Positions 57,440 to 64,000 of a stretch of 64,000 nt of DNA are shown one piece after another. The notes under the pieces are model-generated. The model was not told the DNA's origin. It saw only the letters and a program-made list of their open reading frames with translations, and made no database searches. The DNA is from Microcystaceae cyanobacterium. Lineage in GTDB: Bacteria > Cyanobacteriota > Cyanobacteriia > Cyanobacteriales > Microcystaceae. Where the stretch lies: NCBI GenBank assembly GCA_041746575.1, contig JBGTGT010000133.1, positions 42,848 through 106,847 of the forward strand. Direction: 5' to 3'. How positions within the stretch are numbered: the stretch's first letter is position 1; the number at the start of each line of letters is the position of its first letter. A program made the position numbers and the translations under genes.

Positions 57440-57825
57440 GGTTTTTATCCTGTTTGTAGAATTGTAAATGAATTTTAAGTGATTTTACATTTAGTTTAAA
57501 ACCTGAATGCAAGACAAACAAGAGTATTTTCTGCATTCTTTGTTTCTGCTTTCTGAAGTCTTGATTTCCCTTTTCTGAAGTAATTTTAAAAAAGATCTCT
57601 AATCATTTTTTTATTTTTGAGGATTAAAGCAATCTGGATTTCTGAAAACTGAAATTATTAACGCATGAAACGGTAGTGAAAAATGAGAGATTTCATATCA
57701 AGATCAAAAAAACACGTCAACGAAGCCACGTCTCTCTTGAAAACAGTCCTTTAATTTTGATGATTACAAAAACTTCAGTTCTCAACTAAGACGTCCTAAA
57801 AATTGACGGGAGTATTGATGGAGGT

Positions 57826-58455
57826 GTGGCTTTTTTAGCCACAAGACAAACAATGAATCCTAATATGAGCTTACAACAATTGGTTTTAGACGCACAGCAA
57901 TCTCTTCCTAAAACAAGCGTTCGACAGCAAGCTTTAGAGAAACTTATGCAAAAACTCATGCCAGAAATCTCCTCCCACTATCGCTATCAAACGGCTCAGC
58001 TCAATTCAGAAATGACTGAGGAAGCTATGCAAAATCTTTGGCTTTATGTCTGTGAAAAAATCGAAACGTATGACACCAATAAAGGGACAGTGATGGCATG
58101 GATTAATAACCTCTTGAAATGGCGTATTCTCGATCAAAAGCGGCTTTTTCAGCAAACAATAGGCAAAACAACTTGTATAGAACCTGATAGCTTAGTTCAG
58201 TCTCAAGATAAACCTTCATTAACGGATAGTCTGCGACAGATTATCGAAGAAGATCAGGATCAATTGTTTCAGTATCATTATTTTAATAATAATCCTCAGC
58301 TTAATTTTCAACAGTTAGCACAGTTAAGGTTATCTGGAATTTCTTGGCAGGAAATTGCTGAAAAGTATAAGGTATCTGAGGTCAGTCTCAGACAATTTTG
58401 GTGTCGTGCCGTCAAACGTTTTGCTCCTATTCTTAAGCAAAGTTTACAAGAATAA
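57826..58455 (+). CDS. ECF-like sigma-70 family factor
   Basis: Region-2-like EEAMQNLWLYVCEKIETYD..KG.VMAWIN..LKWR; region-4 HTH SWQEIAEKYKVS; true start may be ATG 57853. Confidence 0.8.
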   Translation: MAFLATRQTMNPNMSLQQLVLDAQQSLPKTSVRQQALEKLMQKLMPEISSHYRYQTAQLNSEMTEEAMQNLWLYVCEKIETYDTNKGTVMAWINNLLKWRILDQKRLFQQTIGKTTCIEPDSLVQSQDKPSLTDSLRQIIEEDQDQLFQYHYFNNNPQLNFQQLAQLRLSGISWQEIAEKYKVSEVSLRQFWCRAVKRFAPILKQSLQE

Positions 58456-58476
58456 GTAAAATATTGTGAAAGAAGC

Positions 58477-58938
58477 TTAATGCTTTCCCTTGTCTAAATA
58501 ACTCATAAATTCCTTCATCGGATGCAATTGTTCGAGTGGAATTTTTTTGCTATCAACTCTTTTCAGGAATCCTCGTAAGGTGGCTTGTCTCAAGAACTCA
58601 TTAATCTCTACGATAATATAAGCGATTCTTTCTTCCCATACTTCAGGAGGAATATACACAAAATTGTGCTGAGGGAAAATAGGACGGCATTCAATTTTTC
58701 CCCAATTTTTAAGGTTTAAGTCGGCTACATCTAAAAGCGTTTGCATGACGCAATCCCAAGCATCGCTTGTCGGTAAATCGGTTTCTATTTTCCATGATTG
58801 AAAATAAAGAAAGACAGCATATACAGCCAATGTGTTGAAATAGACAATATTTGATTGTTTTGATGAAGATTGCTGTTGCTGAAATTGTATCGCTTGTTGA
58901 TAAGCTTCATTGGGTAAGTTGATTTTGACAGAAGTCAT
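58477..58938 (-). CDS. Short DUF1822-family protein
   Basis: VYFNTLAVYAV, DVADL, GKIECRP, IPPEVWEERIAY. Confidence 0.85.
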   Translation of the reverse strand: MTSVKINLPNEAYQQAIQFQQQQSSSKQSNIVYFNTLAVYAVFLYFQSWKIETDLPTSDAWDCVMQTLLDVADLNLKNWGKIECRPIFPQHNFVYIPPEVWEERIAYIIVEINEFLRQATLRGFLKRVDSKKIPLEQLHPMKEFMSYLDKGKH

Positions 58939-59035
58939 ATTACGGCACGAAGTTAGATATTCAAAGTCACCAATAAGACAATTGTAGCGTTTCGGCACAA
59001 GTTTTTCAGTGCAAAGGACGACTGTGTTTGTTGTT

Positions 59036-59100
59036 GAGTTTTGTAACAAGTTTTAGGAGAGGTGTCACAAAGTGGGTTCATGCTTCCGAGTAATAAGTAG
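59036..59100 (+). promoter_or_regulatory. Conserved motif, copy 1
   Basis: TGTAACA(59042)-N14-TGTCACA(59063)-N16-CCGAGTAAT(59086). Confidence 0.8.
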
Positions 59101-59164
59101 AGGAAAAAAGTAACTGCAGAAATTACTCTTCTTCTAGATAAAAATCTAACTTATGGAGTAAAAA

Positions 59165-59907
59165 ATGAAAAAATATTCTAATCAGCTTTTATCTTTTTAC
59201 ATAATAGTTTTTGGGCCTCTTTTGTCTTTAATAGCCATTATTCAGCTTGCTCAAGCAGCTGATTTTAAATTTGAATTTGATGCAGCCAAAAATCCACCAC
59301 CAGAAATTCCTCAAGGAGCTACAGTTGGAGCAATTGTTGATGTTTTTTTTGAGCAAAAAGTCGCTTTTGGATCAACAGGTTTTCCTAACGGAGCTAATTT
59401 TGAAAATCAGTCCTCAAAGACAATTCAAGGTTTCTGGATTAGTTTGAAAGAAGAAAATATAAAAGCAGGTGATGCCATTAGTCAAATGTCTAATCTAATA
59501 ATGGTACGGGGACATTATTTGAAAGACCTTACTTTTTTATAGATCCTAATACCAAGAAAGCAACTAAAATTGCCTTTGTTGTTCAACAAGGCATGGGAAT
59601 CGCACCCAATCAATTTCACTTTGAACAGATTACAATGACCCCTAATGATGCGCAGATATTTATGGGACAAGCTTTCGATGATCGAGACAAGCTACTAGAA
59701 CATCTTAACGACATGGGAGCGAAGCAACTGTCAGGATGTACTCCGCCGCAAACAGAAGAATCAGGGCAAAAGTCTTTATCTTTAAATGCGACAGATAACT
59801 CTAACATTTGCCGTATACCTGAATCTTCGCCTATCACAGGACTTTTAACCTTTGGTTTGGTGGGATTAACATCTATTGTGTTTAATAGAAAACGTTTATC
59901 AAGTTGA
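59165..59907 (+). pseudogene. PEP-CTERM-like protein frameshifted by a 5-bp duplication
   Basis: Signal peptide (AQA) in ORF 59165-59542, IPES + TM + RKR in ORF 59593-59907; removing one TCTAA at 59489-59498 joins them into 245 aa. Confidence 0.85.
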
Positions 59908-59950
59908 AGACGAGCAATTTCTTAATTTTCCAAAAGACAAACCTCATAAA

Positions 59951-59986
59951 ACCACGTTTAAATCATAACGACGTGGTCATTTTTTT
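59951..59986 (+). terminator. Repeated hairpin plus T run, copy A
   Basis: ACCACGT...ACGTGGT followed by a T run. Confidence 0.65.
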
Positions 59987-60006
59987 ATTTATCAATGATT
60001 TGTATT

Positions 60007-60071
60007 GAGTTTTATAACAGTTTTAGGTTTAGGCGTCACAAAGTCGGTGGATGCTTCCGAGTAATAGCTAG
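60007..60071 (+). promoter_or_regulatory. Conserved motif, copy 2
   Basis: TATAACA-N14-CGTCACA-N16-CCGAGTAAT. Confidence 0.78.
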
Positions 60072-60137
60072 AAGAGACAAGATTGATTGTTGATCTTTTC
60101 TATTGTTTTTGCCAATTAGGTAAGAGAGTTAATTAAC

Positions 60138-60995
60138 ATGAAAACCCTTCAATATATTCCTGTAAAAAATCGAGAAAACTTTTTCAAAAACCTATTCTAT
60201 ATATTAGGAGCGAGTTATGTCACTCTATTAGGATTAACCCAACCAGCATATAGTCTTGATCCAGAGGGGGAATTTGGTAATTTCACTAGCAAAGAAGCGT
60301 ATAAAATCTGTAGAGAGAAAAAAATTGGTAATATTGCTGAATGTATTGCTGCTGCACTGTATGTCGATCCTCCCTCTGCTGAATATACAGACATTAATCT
60401 AATCTTAAATTATGATTCCTCGAAGTGGACTTTTCGTCCAGATTTAAGTGGTCCATTATGTAGTTTCGCTGTCGGGGGAGATTGTCCTCCTCCGAATGCT
60501 GCTATTGGAACTTTCCCCTTACTGGATCATACAGTGACTTTGGGAACGCCTCTACCGGCTTCAACACTAAATTTTAATGATGATCCTATTAATGGATTGG
60601 TTAAGGTTAATTATTCACTGGCTACTCCAGTATTAATTACTGAAAATCAAAACTTTCTCAGTCTTTATTTTGATGCTAAAAAACCTTTTTCACCAGATAG
60701 CGCTACAGTTACCTATTATAGTGAATCCGGTGACTATGATTTTTCTGAACAAAGTTCTGTTTGCACAACGACGGAGTTTGTTTCCAGTTGTGCTAGTACG
60801 ACACCTGTAGCAGGACTAGATATTGATGTGACTTCTATTCCTGAATCTTTCTCTCCCTTGCCGCTAATTGCGCTTGGTATCCTCGGCTCAGGTGCAATTG
60901 TCAAACGTCATTTAAACTCTACTAAAACAGCTAAACAACAAAGGGAAAGAAATTCTTCTGATACTCACCAACAAGAAGTCAGCAAAGTGAGTTAA
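60138..60995 (+). CDS. PEP-CTERM-like surface protein (Cys-containing passenger)
   Basis: Signal peptide (PAYS); IPES + TM helix + KRHLNS. Confidence 0.85.
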   Translation: MKTLQYIPVKNRENFFKNLFYILGASYVTLLGLTQPAYSLDPEGEFGNFTSKEAYKICREKKIGNIAECIAAALYVDPPSAEYTDINLILNYDSSKWTFRPDLSGPLCSFAVGGDCPPPNAAIGTFPLLDHTVTLGTPLPASTLNFNDDPINGLVKVNYSLATPVLITENQNFLSLYFDAKKPFSPDSATVTYYSESGDYDFSEQSSVCTTTEFVSSCASTTPVAGLDIDVTSIPESFSPLPLIALGILGSGAIVKRHLNSTKTAKQQRERNSSDTHQQEVSKVS

Positions 60996-61074
60996 ATCGC
61001 TTCTGAATTAAGTTCAGTGAAAAAGGATTGTTAAGGCTTAATTTTCCGAAAAACAAGATAACCTTCATAAACCA
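60973..61074 (+). repeat. 102-bp direct repeat, copy 1
   Basis: Identical by eye to 62361-62462. Confidence 0.92.
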
Positions 61075-61105
61075 CGTTTATCTCTTAACAGCGTGGTTAT
61101 TTTTT
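61070..61105 (+). terminator. Repeated hairpin plus T run, copy B
   Basis: AACCACG...CGTGGTT followed by a T run. Confidence 0.7.
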
Positions 61106-61125
61106 ACTTATCAATCTTTTAATTA

Positions 61126-61190
61126 AGTTTTGTAACAAGTTTTAGGAGCGGTGTCACAAAGTAAGTTCATGCTTCCGAGTAATAAGTAGA
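61126..61190 (+). promoter_or_regulatory. Conserved motif, copy 3
   Basis: TGTAACA(61131)-N14-TGTCACA(61152)-N16-CCGAGTAAT(61175). Confidence 0.8.
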
Positions 61191-61260
61191 AGGAATTAAA
61201 TGAATTTAATCATAACGTTTCTTCTATTTACCATTAGAAAAATCAATAAGAGGAGCAATC

Positions 61261-62361
61261 ATGCGTCACTTTACTTATGCTAAAAACCAGCAAAAACTTT
61301 TACCAAAATGGGTTAAGCTTACTTTTTGGTTAAATAGTTTAACGATTGCATTATATTGTTCAGCTACTCCACCCGCAACAGCCGGAACAATCACACAGAT
61401 AAGTCAAGAAAATACATTCTCCATTAAAAATGGCCAAGTCCAGACGACAACTACTTTTGAATTTGACGCTCATCCTGATGATAAAGAAACAGTTAATCGA
61501 GCATTATCATTACTACCTAAGCGCGGTAATACTTCCACGACAGTTAAAAGTAGAGAATTCATCGATGACCATAGAACAAAAGGTAGAGGAGTAGCTGTAT
61601 ACGGGATTACTAAACAAAATAAAAAATTTACTTTGAGTGAACAAGTATCCGCATCGATTACGCCTAATTGTCCAAGAAAAGCACTAGATTGTGGTCCTGT
61701 CTCGATGAAAACAACAACAAAAAATAAAACAACAATTACGGCATTAAGCAATGAAGTTAAAGCAAATAATCTTCCTCTTTTAAGTAATGATGTTGTACCG
61801 CAAGTATTAGCAGAAATGTCTATAGATGTCTTATTAAGTAAAGGAACAAAAGTCAGTTTATTTGGTCAAGAATCAAGTCAAAAAAGTTTAGGAGTAAACG
61901 ACGATAGTAATCTATTGTACGAATTCGATTTAAGTGTTGTTGAAGACGAAATTGTACTTAATCATCAACGGTTAGCTCCACAAGTAACAATTGGTACAAG
62001 CAATGATTATTTTTCCCTGACTTTTGATAGTGATGCCCAAACCATTCAGAATCGGATAGCTGACGCTTTTTCTTATAACTCAGCTAAAAATACATGGGTT
62101 GTTAGTGAGGATACTAATCTGTTTTCGGTTTCATTAACTCCGCTACAAGATATAGAATCCTTCGATTTGTTAGGAGAATCATCTCAAGAGAAAGATGCGA
62201 TTGAACCTCCATCTAGTGATGTTCAGTCTATTCCTGAATCATCTTCTGTATTTGGCTTCTTAATGATAGGCGCACTTGGCACAGTTTCAATTATGAAGCG
62301 TCATCTGAATTCATCCCAGTCCTCTAACCCAGAAACAACTGAAATTAATCGAAATAGATAA
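61261..62361 (+). CDS. PEP-CTERM-like surface protein
   Basis: GAGGAG RBS; signal peptide (ATA); IPES + TM helix + KRHLNS. Confidence 0.87.
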   Translation: MRHFTYAKNQQKLLPKWVKLTFWLNSLTIALYCSATPPATAGTITQISQENTFSIKNGQVQTTTTFEFDAHPDDKETVNRALSLLPKRGNTSTTVKSREFIDDHRTKGRGVAVYGITKQNKKFTLSEQVSASITPNCPRKALDCGPVSMKTTTKNKTTITALSNEVKANNLPLLSNDVVPQVLAEMSIDVLLSKGTKVSLFGQESSQKSLGVNDDSNLLYEFDLSVVEDEIVLNHQRLAPQVTIGTSNDYFSLTFDSDAQTIQNRIADAFSYNSAKNTWVVSEDTNLFSVSLTPLQDIESFDLLGESSQEKDAIEPPSSDVQSIPESSSVFGFLMIGALGTVSIMKRHLNSSQSSNPETTEINRNR

Positions 62362-62462
62362 AGAAGTCAGCAAAGTGAGTTAAATCGCTTCTGAATTAAG
62401 TTCAGTGAAAAAGGATTGTTAAGGCTTAATTTTCCGAAAAACAAGATAACCTTCATAAACCA
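62361..62462 (+). repeat. 102-bp direct repeat, copy 2
   Basis: Identical by eye to 60973-61074. Confidence 0.92.
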
Positions 62463-62494
62463 TGTTTATCAGTAAAAAGCATGGTTCTTTTTTT
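62458..62494 (+). terminator. Repeated hairpin plus T run, copy C
   Basis: AACCATG...CATGGTT followed by a T run; compensatory change relative to copy B. Confidence 0.72.
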
Positions 62495-62513
62495 ATTTAT
62501 CAATCATTTAATT

Positions 62514-62578
62514 GAGTTTTGTAACAACTTTAAGCTCAGTGTCACAAAGGAAGTTGATTCTTCCGATTAATTAGTAGA
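62514..62578 (+). promoter_or_regulatory. Conserved motif, copy 4
   Basis: TGTAACA-N13-TGTCACA(62540)-N16-CCGATTAAT. Confidence 0.75.
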
Positions 62579-62603
62579 GAGACATCATTAGGAGTTATTA
62601 ATT

Positions 62604-62957
62604 ATGCTTAAACTTACCTTTACAAGTTTCATAATTCTTTTAGCCAGTGCAACAAATGCGACCTCCTTTACCTTAGACTCAATTGATCCAAAAGAGCAAC
62701 CCATCCAAACACCAGAAATGACCTTTACTTCCGCTATTCTCTTTGAATCCTTAGAAGCAGAGAACGTTACTAATTCATTGCTTTTAACTCAAGAAAACTC
62801 TCTTACTCCATTTGAGAAAAATGCACCTAAACCAGCAATGGAAATCCATGAAGCTTCCTATATTTGGGGTTTATTACTCATTGGAGTTTTAGTCGGTATT
62901 CAACTTCTTTTTAGTTACCAAATTATTACGACGAAGCCAGAAGATTTAATACGATAA
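62604..62957 (+). CDS. Short exported protein with degenerate PEP-CTERM-like anchor
   Basis: AGGAG RBS; signal peptide; IHEAS + TM helix. Confidence 0.7.
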   Translation: MLKLTFTSFIILLASATNATSFTLDSIDPKEQPIQTPEMTFTSAILFESLEAENVTNSLLLTQENSLTPFEKNAPKPAMEIHEASYIWGLLLIGVLVGIQLLFSYQIITTKPEDLIR

Positions 62958-63013
62958 ATTATCCAATTCTTTCTAATAAAAAACAATAAACATTCTTCAT
63001 TTCTTTACCTATC

Positions 63014-63661
63014 ATGACCTCTTCTTCTCTACTATCTTTAATTAACAATCTCTCTCATCCTTCCGTTATTTCCCCTTGGAAGCGATTGATAGATATTGTG
63101 GGAAGCCTGATCGGATTATTTATTTTAGCCCTTATTTTCTTACCTGTTGCCATTGCTATTAAGCTAGATAGTCAAGGAACTATTTTCTTTTCTCAACAGC
63201 GATATGGACTTTATGGAAAGCCTTTCATCATCTATAAATTTCGCACGATGAGTCATAATGCAGAGGCGATAAAATTTCAGATTCCCAATCAAGCAAACGG
63301 TTTAATTTTCAAAAATAAACAAGATACGCGTATTACTAGAGTCGGTCGTTTTCTTAGACAAACCAGCTTAGATGAATTTCCCCAATTCTGGAATGTTTTA
63401 CGAGGTGAAATGAGTTTAGTGGGAACTCGTCCTCCCATCAGAGAAGAGGTGATTCACTATACATCTTATCATTGGCAACGCCTAAATGTAAAACCCGGAA
63501 TAACAGGAGAATGGCAAGTGAATGGACGTTCAACCCTTACAAACTTTGAGGAAATTGTCCGTTTAGATTTACGGTATCAAGCGCGGTGGAGTATTGTTTA
63601 TGACTTAATTATTATCGTTAAAACAATTCGTATTTTATTAAGTCGTCAAGGAGCTTACTAA
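63014..63661 (+). CDS. Bacterial sugar transferase (priming phosphoglycosyltransferase)
   Basis: KRLIDI, YKFRTM, RQTSLDEFPQFWNVLRGEMSLVGTRP, KPGITG. Confidence 0.93.
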   Translation: MTSSSLLSLINNLSHPSVISPWKRLIDIVGSLIGLFILALIFLPVAIAIKLDSQGTIFFSQQRYGLYGKPFIIYKFRTMSHNAEAIKFQIPNQANGLIFKNKQDTRITRVGRFLRQTSLDEFPQFWNVLRGEMSLVGTRPPIREEVIHYTSYHWQRLNVKPGITGEWQVNGRSTLTNFEEIVRLDLRYQARWSIVYDLIIIVKTIRILLSRQGAY

Positions 63662-63670
63662 GCTTAAAAA

Positions 63671-64000
63671 TTGACATACTCCCGCCGCTAATTGCAGATA
63701 CGCAATCTAACGGGGGATTCTTAAGCTCACACTTAAGAGTTTCTGCTTCACAGACTCTTGACTAGACATTACTGCCCCCGTCAGACCATCTCCACAGACA
63801 TTTTCTAATACGCTATGCCCTAGCGCGTCTTGATGCATCGCATATTCATATTCTTCTACACCACGATTTCTGATGACTTGTGCTGCTGCCACATCTCTGT
63901 GGGTTTTATAGCTGCATTCAGGACAACTATGTTCTCTGACATCAAGGGTTTTCTTGCCAGTATGAAAACCACAATTAGGACATATCTGAGACGTAAAATT
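63671..64000 (-). mobile_element. tnpB: IS200/IS605 element right end with TnpB C-terminus (CDS stops at 63707; continues beyond window)
   Basis: TSQICPNCG...CPECSYKTHRDVAAA (Zn finger plus RuvC-III Asp); subterminal hairpin ending ...TATGTCAA at 63671. Confidence 0.88.

Noticed and set aside
57826..58455. Calling the sigma factor ECF41 because of the TGTCACA box
   Set aside because: It is only about 200 aa with no long C-terminal extension, and the second box is CCGAGT rather than CGTC
58939..59049. Longer N-terminus of DUF1822 from the ORF track
   Set aside because: Overlaps motif copy 1; ATG 58938 fits the domain start better
59036..62578. Repeats as a CRISPR array or integron attC sites
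   Set aside because: Units are 1-1.4 kb apart and contain whole genes with their own promoter-like boxes; no RYYYAAC/GTTRRRY ends seen; no cas gene or tyrosine recombinase in the window
57000..63700. Absence of HIP1 (GCGATCGC) as proof of foreign origin
   Set aside because: HIP1 is sparse enough in this window that the gap is not convincing without counting statistics; the CHAT gene does carry HIP1 sites

Overview
Cyanobacterial chromosomal DNA, inferred from the split rpoC2, petG, cytM, pmgA, ycf37 and frequent HIP1 GCGATCGC octamers. From about 3 to 50 kb it is mostly ordinary core genes (leuA, sdhA, dnaB, cobA-hemD, RNase R family, tlyA, queD, queG, menD, rlmD, mnmG), a CAU tRNA and a few small genes missed by the ORF track. 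Accessory DNA sits at both ends. At 1.2-2.0 kb there is a mosaic of IS630, IS701, TnpB and IS4 fragments. At 50-64 kb there is a cell-surface island: a haemagglutinin-like TPS protein, a TPR-CHAT protease, an ECF-like sigma factor, a DUF1822 protein, a tandem array of PEP-CTERM-like proteins, a priming sugar transferase and the right end of a TnpB element. The main finding is a conserved motif, TGTAACA-N13/14-TGTCACA-N16-CCGAGTAAT, in front of every gene of the array. Between the array genes it is embedded in a repeated terminator-plus-promoter module whose hairpin shows a compensatory base change. A fifth copy lies 56 kb away in front of another secreted-protein gene. I infer a dedicated ECF-like sigma regulon for variable surface proteins, possibly under protease control. 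Family assignments come from motif recognition, not database searches.
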